From an uncultured Gemmatimonadales bacterium (GTDB taxonomy: Bacteria > Gemmatimonadota > Gemmatimonadetes > Gemmatimonadales > Gemmatimonadaceae), in the NCBI GenBank assembly GCA_963701965.1, contig OY969695.1:1056001-1120000 (forward strand): a DNA stretch of 64,000 nucleotides, in the 5' to 3' direction. The position numbers and the translations under genes were made by a program. Numbering within the stretch: the first letter of the stretch is position 1; each line of letters begins with the position of its first letter. The notes below the pieces were generated by a model. That model was not told the DNA's origin. It searched no databases and was given only the letters and a program-made list of their open reading frames with translations. This document shows, one piece after another, positions 8,780 to 18,851 of the stretch.

Positions 8780-9391
8780 ATGAGCGCGAGCAGCACACAC
8801 CAAAGGATTCTGGACGCGGCGCAGCACCTTCTCGAGACGGGCGGCCTTGCACGCCTGACGACGAAGGAGATCGCGCACACCGCCGGTTGCGCGGAAGGAA
8901 CCCTTTTTAAGCATTTCCGAAGCAAGGAAGACATCATTCTCGCTGTCGTGAGGGAAAACTCGCCTCGATTCCGCGATGCCGTGTCCCAATCGCGGCGTGC
9001 CAGCCGGCCGATCAAGAAAAACCTCGCCGAGATCGCGCTCGCGTGCATTCGCTTCTCGGAGAAGCTCATTCCCCTTGGTGCGTCCCTGCTCGGCGATGCG
9101 GTGCTCCTCGAACGCCACCGGACACTTGAGCCGGGGCGCGGACCGAAGGAGGCTTTCGCGCTGATCGCCGATTATGTGGCCCAAGAACAGCGTGCCGGCC
9201 GCATCGACGCGAGCGTCGACGCGGGAAGCGTCGCGATGCTTCTTTTCGGACCATGCTTCCAGCGGGTCTTCATTCGTCAGGTGGTGGGAAAGAACCCCGC
9301 ACCGGCGGACGACCGGAAATTCATCGCCACCCTCGTGGGTGCGATCATGCAGGGCATCGCGCCGCGCGGCGCCCCTGCTGGCGAGCAATGA
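8780..9391 (+). CDS. TetR/AcrR family regulator
   Basis: RILDAAQHLL...TTKEIAHTAGCAEGTLFKHFRSKEDII. Confidence 0.92.
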   Translation: MSASSTHQRILDAAQHLLETGGLARLTTKEIAHTAGCAEGTLFKHFRSKEDIILAVVRENSPRFRDAVSQSRRASRPIKKNLAEIALACIRFSEKLIPLGASLLGDAVLLERHRTLEPGRGPKEAFALIADYVAQEQRAGRIDASVDAGSVAMLLFGPCFQRVFIRQVVGKNPAPADDRKFIATLVGAIMQGIAPRGAPAGEQ

Positions 9392-9450
9392 AAACAGCAA
9401 AGGAGTGCCAGCGCCGCTGGTTGTAGGCGTCCTCGATGTAGCGGGGCGCG

Positions 9451-9531
9451 GTGCAGAAGCTTTTTCCCGTCTGCGTCTATCACGCCAAAGAGGCCACGGT
9501 GACGATCCTTACCGTGTATCATGGCGTCCGG
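9451..9531 (+). pseudogene. Possible RelE/ParE toxin C-terminal remnant
   Basis: VQKLFPVCVYHAKEATVTILTVYHGVR resembles ParE C-termini; in-frame stops immediately upstream. Confidence 0.3.
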
Positions 9532-9636
9532 GCATCGCTCGGGCAAATACGCGCCGCGCGCCTTCCCGCGAGGTCGTGACGAGCCGGCCACGAAGTCGGG
9601 CCTCCCATACAACCGGATCGGCAGTACTCTTCCGCA

Positions 9637-10185
9637 ATGCGACCCCTGCGGTATGTCATTAACGTCACCCTGGACGGGTGCTGCGATCATCGTGAAATGT
9701 CCACGGACGAGGAGTTGCATCGGCACGCGGCCGCGACCCTCGAGCAGGTCGGTGCCGTCCTGCTCGGCCGGGTGACGTACGAGATGATGGAGGCAGCGTT
9801 TCGGCCACCGACGCGGCCAGGCGCGAGGCCTGATTGGATGGAAGCGTTCGCCCGGGCAATCAACGCGGTAAAGAAATACGTCGTGTCGAGCACCCTGGAC
9901 CGCGTCGACTGGAACGCGGAGCTCGTACGTGGAGATCTGGGGAAAGCCGTTCAGCAGCTCAAACAGGAGTCGGGCAAGCGACTCGAAGTCTGGGGCGTGA
10001 AGTTCCCAGTGGCGTTAGCCGAGCTGGGATTGATCGACGAATACGAGTTCATGGTGCACCCCAGGCTCGCGGGCCACGGGCCGACGCTGCTCGCGGGGCT
10101 GTCGAAGCATCTCGACCTGAGGCTCGTGAGCCGGAAGGAGTTCGGCTCGGGGGTGGTGGAGATGCGATATGAGCCGGGAAGGTAG
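9637..10185 (+). CDS. Dihydrofolate reductase/RibD C-terminal family protein
   Basis: INVTLDG, LLGRVTYE, KYVVSSTL, LIDEYEFMVHP, GVVEMRY. Confidence 0.9.
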   Translation: MRPLRYVINVTLDGCCDHREMSTDEELHRHAAATLEQVGAVLLGRVTYEMMEAAFRPPTRPGARPDWMEAFARAINAVKKYVVSSTLDRVDWNAELVRGDLGKAVQQLKQESGKRLEVWGVKFPVALAELGLIDEYEFMVHPRLAGHGPTLLAGLSKHLDLRLVSRKEFGSGVVEMRYEPGR

Positions 10186-10694
10186 CCGCGCGGCGACGCT
10201 CGCCGGGCTGGTGGCACTGGTCGTCGGATGTTCGACGGCCTGCCATCGCCCGGACCCTGTCTCTCCTGTCGCTTCGAGCGAAGCTGACACGATCCAGGGA
10301 ACGGTCCAGCTAGTTGGGACGGACCCCTCCGCGGAAATCGTGCTCGCGCCGGGGTTCGGGCTTCCCATCAAGTTGGTCGGTCCGCCGACTCTCCGCAGCG
10401 TCGTTGGGTTGCTGGTACAAGTGGTGGCGACGCAAGCCAGGGATCGGCGCTGGCCGGACCGGGTTACCGTGCTCCGCTTCACGGTCGTTGTCGCCAACGG
10501 TCAACCGGCGACCGACGGCGTACTCACCGAGGACGGCGGCACTTTGTACATCGTGACCGCGGACGGTGTGCGCCACGCGCTCGCAGAGCCGCCCCCGGAA
10601 CTCCGCGCCCTGCTCGGCGACCGACGTCTGGGTGTCGGGCCCCCTCGACCGCAAGCCCGTCGCGTACGGCATAATCGAAGCGCAGCGGACTTGA
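10169..10694 (+). CDS. Hypothetical lipoprotein, apparent 1-nt insertion near 10620-10626
   Basis: LVVGC lipobox; a plausible C-terminus VWVSGPLDRKPVAYGIIEAQRT* lies in the next frame. Confidence 0.55.
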
Positions 10695-10759
10695 CCATAT
10701 CGCGCCCTGGCGACCGCCTTGCAGGAAGAACCGCCAATGTCACTCACCGAGGAGCCACG

Positions 10760-10993
10760 ATGATCGAACGCGATGATCTGTCGGATCGCCATGATCCGCA
10801 GCTCGAAGACACCGAAGGCGAGCCCGCCGACCCCAAGGTCGTCCGCCTGCACGGACGCGACTTTGCCGGCGCGTCGTTCGCCGCCAACGAAGACGAACAG
10901 ACCAAGGACAAAGCCGACCCCGAGTACCGCCCCGACATCGACGACGACAACACCGTACCGCGTATTCAGGACCACGGCCTGAACGAGCCCTGA
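10760..10993 (+). CDS. Small acidic hypothetical protein (77 aa)
   Basis: GAGGAG RBS before ATG; D/E-rich; typical codon bias. Confidence 0.55.
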   Translation: MIERDDLSDRHDPQLEDTEGEPADPKVVRLHGRDFAGASFAANEDEQTKDKADPEYRPDIDDDNTVPRIQDHGLNEP

Positions 10994-11067
10994 CCGCACG
11001 TACCCGCGGCCACCGATCTCCCATTTCGACGATGGACCGGTGGCCGCGGACCCTGCCGTCAGCGGCC

Positions 11068-12078
11068 CTAGTTTCCGCCGTTGTTCCCGTCCGTGCAGTC
11101 GTGGATCGCGTTCGAGTACTGCTCCTGCACCGCGTACACGTGCGCGCCAACGAGCGTGTTGTGCCGGAACCCGAAGCACAGGTCCGACACCTCGTTGCCC
11201 GTCAGCAAATTGAACCACGCGTCGCCGTCCGGGTCGGTGATCGACTCGATGAACTCGTGCGACAGCGTCGACGCCGTGCCGTCGATCACCCGCGTCTGCG
11301 TCGTCGGCAGCGAGCACCCCCCGACCCCTTGGAACGGCTCCACCGAGAAAATCAGGTGCACCGTCGAGCCGGCGCTGAACTGGACATCCACGCTCGAGTG
11401 GAACGCGCAGAAGTCGAACGAGCCCGGGATGTCCGGCGAGTAGCAGTCCCCCGCCGCGATGCACATGTCCGTGCCCTTCGGCAGAAAGACGTGGAACTCG
11501 TTCGCGTAGCCATTCGCGTTCGTGTTGAGCGCCGCCAATGCCACGATCGTGAAGATGTCGTCGATCGACGCCGTGCCGCCCGGCGCCGTTGCCGTCGGCG
11601 CCCCACTGAACGTGAACGCCGTGTTCAACTCCTGAACCTTGAAGCGCCCATCCGCGTCTTCGTTGAGATACTGGTCCGCCACCCGGAGGATGTTGCTGGC
11701 GTTCAGATCCCGCAGCACCGTCGCCGGCGTCAGATTCCCCGTGCCCCAACAGCTGGCCGGACCCGCCGCGCAGTTCACATACACGTTGAACTCCGTGGCG
11801 TGCTGCACCACCGGACCACCCAGGAACGTCAGGTCGTACGGCGAATTCACGGTCTTGTCCGAGAGTGCCCCCTTCGGCTGCTGCGTCGCTTCCCACAGCG
11901 CGATGGTGGGCATCTTTTTCAGGACCTGGTGCGAGACCGTCGTCGCGGCGTGTCGCGCCGCGCCGGTCGCCGTGATCGTCACCGGATTCGCGGGCGCCGC
12001 GGTCGGCGCATCACTACACCCCCCCAACACCAGACCCGCCACCGCGACAGACGCCGACATCAAGACCGTAGTGCGCAT
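11068..12078 (-). CDS. Lipoprotein with Phi-1/EXORDIUM-like domain
   Basis: Lipobox LVLGGC; GGPV, FCAFHS, SHEFIESITDP...AWF...EVSDLC motifs. Confidence 0.7.
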   Translation of the reverse strand: MRTTVLMSASVAVAGLVLGGCSDAPTAAPANPVTITATGAARHAATTVSHQVLKKMPTIALWEATQQPKGALSDKTVNSPYDLTFLGGPVVQHATEFNVYVNCAAGPASCWGTGNLTPATVLRDLNASNILRVADQYLNEDADGRFKVQELNTAFTFSGAPTATAPGGTASIDDIFTIVALAALNTNANGYANEFHVFLPKGTDMCIAAGDCYSPDIPGSFDFCAFHSSVDVQFSAGSTVHLIFSVEPFQGVGGCSLPTTQTRVIDGTASTLSHEFIESITDPDGDAWFNLLTGNEVSDLCFGFRHNTLVGAHVYAVQEQYSNAIHDCTDGNNGGN

Positions 12079-12269
12079 GCTTCGCTCTCCCTAGAGAATG
12101 GTTTGAGCTTGCGGATGGAGCGCACCAACGGTTGTGAGTGTCAGGGACGAACGCAACTCAGCCACAACCCGCGCGACGTGACACCCGCACCCCGCGAGCA
12201 CGCGCGCCAAACGAAATCAAAAACTCGCGTGTAAGCAGCGCGATTTTCGATGCGACCGGGTTGAAGGCG

Positions 12270-12298
12270 AAAAGGGCCGGTGCATGAGCACCGGCCCT
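12270..12298 (-). terminator. Intrinsic terminator of sigma factor gene
   Basis: AGGGCCGGTGC / GCACCGGCCCT stem with T run on the minus strand. Confidence 0.75.
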
Positions 12299-12322
12299 CA
12301 TCGCGTGCGTTCCAGCCGATCG

Positions 12323-13264
12323 TTACGCGGCCCAGTCCCGCAACACGCCCGTCGCCTCGCCCGAGCGCAACGCGGCGATCGCCCGGTCGCGCAGCTGCCG
12401 CACCCGCTCGCGCGTGACGCCGAGCATCGAACCAATCTGCTCCAACGTCATCGGCTCCTTGCCCTCGAGCCCATAGTACAGCACGAGCACCTGCCGATCA
12501 CGCGCCGGCAACGGCTCCAGCGCCAAACGCAGCGCGTTCCACCGATCCTCGTCCTCGAGCCGGCCGGGGAGCCGATCCTCACTGTCCTCCTCCGTCCCGA
12601 TGACACTGGCCAACGTGCGCCCCGCGCCACCACGCGCGCCAACACCCGCCTCCAGCGGCTCATCGAGCGACCGCTCCGGCTGCACCAACGCCGCCAAACT
12701 CTCGGCGATCTCGGGACTCAAACCGCACGCCCGCCCGATCTCGTCGTGCGTCGGCTCGCGACCCAGCGCCGACCGCAGCGCCGCCTGCGCCTTGACCACG
12801 CGCGACAGATCGCCGGCACGACCCAACGGCAGACGGACCGACCGCCCCTTCGTCGTGATCGACGCATGCAACGCCTGTTTGATCCACCACACCGCGTAGC
12901 TGATGAAGTTGACACCGACGTCCGGGTCATACTTGTCCGCCGCGCGACACAGCCCCGCGTTGGCCTCGCCGACCAGATCCTCGAGCGAGAGCCCGCGGTT
13001 TTGATACTGCTTGGCCACCGAGAACGCGAACCGCAAGTTCGCGCTGATCAGTTCCGCCCGCAGCTTGCTCCGCTCCGCCTGCGAGATCCTCGGATTGCGC
13101 ATCCGGCGCGCCAAGTCCTTCTGCGCCTCCGCCTGCAACACCGGCGTGCGCGAGAGCTCGGCAATGTACAAGTCGAGCAGCTCGTGCCCCTGCTCCGCCT
13201 CTATTGCCACCGGTGAACGCTTCGACCGTCGTGGCGCGCGCACACCCTTCTTCTGAACTGCCAT
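12323..13264 (-). CDS. Sigma70 RpoD/RpoS-family sigma factor lacking region 1.1
   Basis: ANLRFAFSVAKQY, DLVGEANAGL, FISYAVWWIKQ, TLEQIGSMLGVTRERVRQL. Confidence 0.93.
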   Translation of the reverse strand: MAVQKKGVRAPRRSKRSPVAIEAEQGHELLDLYIAELSRTPVLQAEAQKDLARRMRNPRISQAERSKLRAELISANLRFAFSVAKQYQNRGLSLEDLVGEANAGLCRAADKYDPDVGVNFISYAVWWIKQALHASITTKGRSVRLPLGRAGDLSRVVKAQAALRSALGREPTHDEIGRACGLSPEIAESLAALVQPERSLDEPLEAGVGARGGAGRTLASVIGTEEDSEDRLPGRLEDEDRWNALRLALEPLPARDRQVLVLYYGLEGKEPMTLEQIGSMLGVTRERVRQLRDRAIAALRSGEATGVLRDWAA

Positions 13265-13350
13265 GTCTGACTCTCTCCCCCGAAAAGAACAGGCGGGCGA
13301 ACCCCCCCCGGGTCCGCCCGTCGCGCCTGCCGCCTACCCAACCAGCGGCC

Positions 13351-13698
13351 TCACGCCACGAGCGACGCCTTCCGATACTTGGCCCGATCTGGCGGCGTTA
13401 CCGTGAAACGCGCGCCTTCATCGGTCTGTTCAAAGTCGATCACGCTGCCGTCCACATGCTCGGCCGAAAACGGATCGACGTACACCTTTATACCATGCTG
13501 CGTGACTATATAATCCGTCTCGCGCGCCGCTTGTTCGATCGAGAATTGGAACGTGCACCCGTTCTCGGTCCGCTGCGCGGCGATCCGGAGACCGCCATCG
13601 TCGGCACTGACGCCGGCGACCGCCATCGCTTGCCGGACTGCCATCCCTCCGGCCGGGCTCAGCGCCACTGAGACGCCCAACTGCTGCATAATCTGCAT
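13351..13698 (-). CDS. HesB/IscA-like protein lacking the C-terminal CxC
   Basis: GLRIAAQ...GCTFQFSIE...GIKVYVDPFSAEHVDGSVIDF matches the A-type carrier fold; start could be 13689. Confidence 0.7.
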   Translation of the reverse strand: MQIMQQLGVSVALSPAGGMAVRQAMAVAGVSADDGGLRIAAQRTENGCTFQFSIEQAARETDYIVTQHGIKVYVDPFSAEHVDGSVIDFEQTDEGARFTVTPPDRAKYRKASLVA

Positions 13699-13776
13699 AA
13701 TCCCGACTGCTTTATACGTGTTTTCAGACGTGCGTGTTCCACACACCTACGCCCGAATGAATCCCGAGCCGGCGTA

Positions 13777-15183
13777 CTAGGTTCCATACCCGGTGACGAC
13801 CCGGATGGGAGCGATCCCAGCCGCACGCAGCCCGGGCTCGATCACCTTCCGATCGCCCACCACCACGATCGCCTGGTGGGCCGGATCGAGGTGGGCCGCC
13901 AACGCCGCCCGGGCCTGGGCCGGGGTCACCGCCTCGAACCGCGCCGTCAAATGGTCGTAATAGTCCAGCGGAAGGTTGTTCTCCAATAAGGTCGCGGCCG
14001 CCCCAGCCACCTCTTCGACGGTCGCAAATGCTCGTGGCAGGGATCGCACCATCGTTGCCTTGGCGAAGGCCAATTCGGAGTCGCTGACCGGCCGCTGGTG
14101 GCGGATCTCCCGAATCAACGCCACGAGGTCAACCAACGCCGAGTCGGTCTTGGGGGTCGCCACATCGGCTCCGGCCGTGAACGTGCTCGGCTGTGGCACC
14201 TTTCGAAACGAGAAATCCGACTCCGCGCCATACGTGTACCCGTGCTCCTCCCGAAGCACCAGGTTGAGCCGGCTATTGAAGGCCCCGCCCAACACCGTAT
14301 TGCCGAGCTCGAGCGCAAAATGGTCTGGCGCGTCCTGGCGCGGCCCCAACTGACCAACGTACAGCACGCTTTGCGGCGAGTTGGGCCGGTCGTAGAGATA
14401 GATCGCCGATGCCGCTGGCACCTTGGGCGCCGGCGGACTGACCTCGCCGCTCTTCCCGCCTCCTGACCAGGCACCGAACACCCGATCCAGCGCCGCCGTC
14501 GCGGCCTCAGGAGTCATGTCGCCGGAGACGACAAACGTCACGTTCCGCGGTCGATAGTAGTCCGCGTGAAACGCCACCAAATCAGCCCGCGTGATCCCGC
14601 CCAAACTCTGCTCCGACTCGGCCCGCGCGTACGGATGACCGCGCCCATACACGGCGTCGGCGAACACGCGCCCCGCGACGTAGTCGGGCGAATCCTTTGC
14701 CCGTCGCAACGCCGCCACGAGGTTCGCCTTGTCCCGCGCCAGCGCCGTCTCGGGAAACGCCGGATGCAACAGCTGGTCGGCCATGAGATCGAGCGAGCGT
14801 TCGACGTTGCGCGTGATCGTGAAGAACCCCATCGGCGACACCGTGTTGCCGAGATCGGCCGCGGCCTCCGACAACTGGTCCGCCGTCATCGTCGCCGTCC
14901 CCTCGTCCAGCATCCGCGCCGTGAGCGAGGCCTCGCCCTCCTTGCCCGGTGGGTCGAGCAACGCCGACGCCTCGACCAAGACCCGCACACTCACGATCGG
15001 CAGCGCGTGGTTCTCGAGCACGGCCACCCGGATCCCGTTGCGCAGCGCGCGCATCTGGATCGCCGGCACCCGCAACGCCGGCTGCGCCGGTACCGCCGGC
15101 GCGACCGTGCGGTCTATCGTCTGTGCCGTCTGCGCCTCGAGCGCACCGCCCAGCACGCAGCCAATCAGTAGGAGCCAGCGCAT
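13777..15183 (-). CDS. M16B peptidase, non-catalytic subunit
   Basis: Signal peptide; no HxxEH; LGGAFNSRLNLVLREEHGYTYG. Confidence 0.9.
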   Translation of the reverse strand: MRWLLLIGCVLGGALEAQTAQTIDRTVAPAVPAQPALRVPAIQMRALRNGIRVAVLENHALPIVSVRVLVEASALLDPPGKEGEASLTARMLDEGTATMTADQLSEAAADLGNTVSPMGFFTITRNVERSLDLMADQLLHPAFPETALARDKANLVAALRRAKDSPDYVAGRVFADAVYGRGHPYARAESEQSLGGITRADLVAFHADYYRPRNVTFVVSGDMTPEAATAALDRVFGAWSGGGKSGEVSPPAPKVPAASAIYLYDRPNSPQSVLYVGQLGPRQDAPDHFALELGNTVLGGAFNSRLNLVLREEHGYTYGAESDFSFRKVPQPSTFTAGADVATPKTDSALVDLVALIREIRHQRPVSDSELAFAKATMVRSLPRAFATVEEVAGAAATLLENNLPLDYYDHLTARFEAVTPAQARAALAAHLDPAHQAIVVVGDRKVIEPGLRAAGIAPIRVVTGYGT

Positions 15184-16583
15184 TAGTTCGTCCCCCCGCT
15201 GCCGTCCGTCGCTTTGGTATAGGGCTCGGTCGGGCGACTCACGAGATCGAGCTTGCCCGCCGGCACCATGCTGAGCACGACGCGGCCGGCCGTGAGATAC
15301 CGGTCGGCGACGCGGTGCACATCCGCGCCGGTGACCTTGTCACCGTCGCGCAACTCGGCGAGATAGTGCCACGGGTCGTGAAAGAACGTCTCCCCCTCGT
15401 TGAGCGTCTCGCCTTTCGCGTCGACCGCCTCGAGCCCCGTGATCGTCCCCACCAGCGCGTAGTTCTTGCCGCGGGCCACCTCGCGATCGTCCGGCGGCGC
15501 GGCGCGGGCCGCCGCCAGCACGCTGTCGACGAGCGACTCGACGACCGTCAGCGAGACATGGGGCCGCGGCCGGACATCGATCTCGAACAAACCCGCGTTC
15601 TCGTAGCTCACCTGCCGCGCCGAGACGCGGCTCGCCAGCTGGCGGTCGTACACGAGCAGCTTCGTGAGGCGGCTCGTCCGGTCCAGCGTCAGCACGTCGG
15701 CCAACGCGTCGAGCGCCGGAGCGTCGGGGCTGTCGCCGCCGACCGTCGGCCACGCCATCGCGAGTTGCGGCTCGCTCGCCTTTGCATCCTCCAGCGCCAG
15801 CCGCCGCTCGGCGGCGAGCGGCGCCGGCGGCACAGCCGGCCGCACGATCGCGGGCCCTCGCGGGATCGCCCCGAAATATTTCTCCACCAACGTCCGCGTG
15901 CGCGCCGAATCGACGTCCCCCACCACCACCAGCACCGCGTTGTCGGGTGCGTAGTAGGTGCGGAAAAACGCGGACACGTCCGCCAGACTCGCCGCCGACA
16001 GATCGGCTATCGAGCCGATGACCGGCCAGGAATACGGGTTGTCCTTCGGGAAAATCGCCGCGCCGATCACCTCGCTGGCAGTGCCATAGGGCTGGTTGTC
16101 GATCCGCTCGCGGCGCTCGTTCTTCACGACGTCGCGTTGGTTGTCGAGCTTGGCCTGCGTCAGCCCGGGCAAGAGAAAGCCCATGCGGTCCGACTCCAGC
16201 CACAGCGCCGTCTCCAGCCAGTTGCTGGGCAGCGTCTCGAAGTAGTTTGTCCGGTCGTTCGTCGTCGATCCGTTCATATCGCCACCCGCATTCTCGACGA
16301 GGCGGATGTGTTCGCCCTTGGCCACGTGCTCCGACCCCTCGAACATGAGATGCTCGAAGAGATGGGCAAATCCGGTACGCCCCGGCACCTCGTTCTTGGA
16401 ACCCACGTGGTACCAAACCGTCACGTGGACGATCGGCGCCGCGTGATCTTCCGACACGACCAGTGTCAGGCCGTTGGCCAGGGTCGTCGTCGTCGCGGGA
16501 ATCCGCGGCGGTTCTTGGGCGCCCGCGAGGGGTGCCGCCACGAGGGCCCACGCGACCAGAGCCCGGAATCGCAGCCGGGTCAT
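15183..16583 (-). CDS. M16B zinc peptidase, catalytic subunit
   Basis: WYHVGSKNE...GFAHLFEHLMF, NGST, WLESDRM. Confidence 0.93.
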   Translation of the reverse strand: MTRLRFRALVAWALVAAPLAGAQEPPRIPATTTTLANGLTLVVSEDHAAPIVHVTVWYHVGSKNEVPGRTGFAHLFEHLMFEGSEHVAKGEHIRLVENAGGDMNGSTTNDRTNYFETLPSNWLETALWLESDRMGFLLPGLTQAKLDNQRDVVKNERRERIDNQPYGTASEVIGAAIFPKDNPYSWPVIGSIADLSAASLADVSAFFRTYYAPDNAVLVVVGDVDSARTRTLVEKYFGAIPRGPAIVRPAVPPAPLAAERRLALEDAKASEPQLAMAWPTVGGDSPDAPALDALADVLTLDRTSRLTKLLVYDRQLASRVSARQVSYENAGLFEIDVRPRPHVSLTVVESLVDSVLAAARAAPPDDREVARGKNYALVGTITGLEAVDAKGETLNEGETFFHDPWHYLAELRDGDKVTGADVHRVADRYLTAGRVVLSMVPAGKLDLVSRPTEPYTKATDGSGGTN

Positions 16584-16617
16584 ATGCGAACCAACGGCGT
16601 TCGTAATACCTTCGTGC

Positions 16618-17112
16618 ATGACGCTTTCTCCACTCGTCGGTGTCGTGATGGGGAGCCAGAGCGATTACGCGCATCTGGCCCCGGCGTGCGAGTTGCTGGA
16701 AACGTTCGGCGTACCCTTCGAGGCCCGCGTCGTGTCCGCGCACCGTACGCCCGACTGGCTCTTCGCCTACGCCGAGCAGGCGGAGGCGCGCGGGCTGCAG
16801 GTGATCATCGCGGGCGCGGGCGGCGCGGCCCATCTACCGGGCATGCTGGCGGCGAAAACGTTGATACCCGTGCTGGGCGTTCCAGTGCCCGCGACGGCGC
16901 TCAACGGACTCGACGCCCTGCTCTCGATCGTCCAGATGCCCAAAGGCGTGCCAGTGGGGACCTTGGCAATCGGCGAGCCGGGCGCGGCCAACGCGGCCAT
17001 CCTCGCGTCCGAGATCGTCGGCCTCTCCCGCCCGGACGTCCGCGACCGTCTGCGCGCCTGGCGGACGGGACGGCGCGACGAGGTCCTGGCCCAAACCCTC
17101 CCTCCCCGGTGA
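16618..17112 (+). CDS. purE: N5-CAIR mutase
   Basis: VVMGSQSD, SAHRTP, IAGAGGAAHLPGM, LLSIVQMPKGVPV. Confidence 0.97.
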   Translation: MTLSPLVGVVMGSQSDYAHLAPACELLETFGVPFEARVVSAHRTPDWLFAYAEQAEARGLQVIIAGAGGAAHLPGMLAAKTLIPVLGVPVPATALNGLDALLSIVQMPKGVPVGTLAIGEPGAANAAILASEIVGLSRPDVRDRLRAWRTGRRDEVLAQTLPPR

Positions 17113-18279
17113 CCGCGATCCTGCCGGGCGCGACGATCGGGCTCCTCGGTGGCGGGCAGCTGGGACGCATGACGGCGCTCGCCGCCCGCTCTCTGGGGTA
17201 TGACGTCATTGTGCTCGATCCCGACCCCGACCCGCCGGCCGCGGCCCTGGCCAGCGAATGCATTGCCGCCGGGTTCGACGACGTGGCGGCCGCGACGCGT
17301 CTCGCCCAGCGCGCCGACGTGGTCACGCTGGAGATTGAACGCATCGCCACCGCGAGCCTGGACGCGGCGGCGCGCTACGCACCGGTGCGCCCCGGCGCCG
17401 CCGTGCTGGCGGTGATCAACGACCGCGCGCGTCAAAAAGCGTGGCTCCAGGCGCAGGGGGCGCCGGTGGGTCCGTTCGCCGTCGCGGCGAACGCCGCCGC
17501 CTGCGCGGACGCCGTGCGCGCGTTCGGCCCGTCGTACATCAAGGCGGCGAGCGGCGGTTACGACGGCCGGGGTCAAGTGCACGTCGACACGCCCTCGGCG
17601 TGCGCCGACGCGTGGGCCGCGCTCGGCGCGCGGCGGTGCATCGTCGAGCAGGCCATCGACCTGGCCGCCGAGTTGTCCGTGCTCGTCGCGCGACGCCCGG
17701 GCGGCGAGACCGCGGTCTACGCGCCCGCGCTCAACGCGCACGAGGCGGGGCAGCTCGCCTGGTCGGCGATCCCCGCGCCCATCGACGGCGACCTCGCCGC
17801 GCGCGCGACCACCCTCGCGGTGGCGCTCGCCGAAGCGATCGGAGTCGTCGGTCTCTTGGCCGTCGAGATGTTCCTGTCGACCAGTGGCACCCTACTGGTC
17901 AACGAACTGGCCCCCCGGCCCCACAATAGCTTCCATCATACGATCGAGGCCTGCGTCACCAGCCAGTTCGAGCAACTGGTGCGCGCGGTCTGCGACCTCC
18001 CGCTGGGCGCGACCGACATCGTGCGGCCGGCGGCGATCGCCAATATCCTCGGCGACGCGTGGCACGACGGCGTCGCCCCCGATTTCGCCGCGGCACTCGC
18101 GGTCCCCGGAACGCGCCTCCATTCTCTATGGAAAGCGCGAACCGCGGCCCGCGCGCAAGATGGGGCACCTGGCCGCGGTCGCGCCGACCGTCGACGATGC
18201 GCAGGCGCGCGTCATCGATGCGCTCAGCCGCCTGGTTGCCGGAACCCAACATCCGACGTTCGCGCGGTGTAACCTGTGA
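17109..18279 (+). CDS. purK: N5-CAIR synthetase, with a 1-nt insertion at 18120-18124
   Basis: GGGQLGRM, GYDGRGQ, NELAPRPHNS; removing one T restores HLYGKREPRPARKMGH. Confidence 0.93.
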
Positions 18280-18290
18280 CTGAGACAATC

Positions 18291-18851
18291 ATGACCTGGC
18301 GCATCTCGAGTATCGTCCTGGTGGTCGGCGCCCTGGCTCTGGCGCCAGCCCGTGCACTGCGCGCCCAGGACAGCGGGCCGGATACGTCGGCCGCGAAGCA
18401 ACCGATGGACCCGGAGAACCCGATCGCGTTCATGCTGCTCCACCGGTCCGAGCTCAAGCTCGTGGACTCGCAGACCACGCAGCTCGGGAACATCGGCACG
18501 CAACTCACCATGCGCAACCGGCCGCTCCGGGACTCGCTCAACGATTTGCGGCCTCCCGGAGACAAGGCCGTGCCGATCCCGGTGAACCTGACGCCCGCGC
18601 AGCGCGACAGCGTCTTCGCCACCCGACGGGCCGCGGCGCGCGTGTTCGGCGAGATCCACGACAACGCCCGCGCGGCGCGCGACCAGGCGCTCGCGGTGCT
18701 CAGCCCGGACCAACAAAACAAACTGCGCACGCTCGAGCAGAATCTCGAGGAACAGGCGCGCATGTCGAAGATGCGACCGTCCGGACAGCGCAGCCCGCCC
18801 GGCAGCATGGGTGGAGGACAGCCCGGTGGGTACGGCGGCCGTCCGTACTGA
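18291..18851 (+). CDS. Secreted helical protein (Spy/CpxP-like)
   Basis: Signal peptide ALRAQ; LKLVDSQ, LTPAQ, LSPDQ motifs. Confidence 0.65.
   Translation: MTWRISSIVLVVGALALAPARALRAQDSGPDTSAAKQPMDPENPIAFMLLHRSELKLVDSQTTQLGNIGTQLTMRNRPLRDSLNDLRPPGDKAVPIPVNLTPAQRDSVFATRRAAARVFGEIHDNARAARDQALAVLSPDQQNKLRTLEQNLEEQARMSKMRPSGQRSPPGSMGGGQPGGYGGRPY

Noticed and set aside
12080..12260. Riboswitch upstream of the Phi-1-like gene
   Set aside because: Only a modest GGTTGTG/CACAACC stem; no known aptamer consensus.
14949..18272. 1107-aa ORF as a giant PurK fusion
   Set aside because: The first ~720 codons are the antisense shadow of the M16 genes plus an off-frame read of purE; PurK starts at GTG 17109.
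17109..18279. purK as a pseudogene or programmed frameshift
   Set aside because: Same CATTC lesion as four other sites in different codon phases, no slippery sequence, gene otherwise intact.
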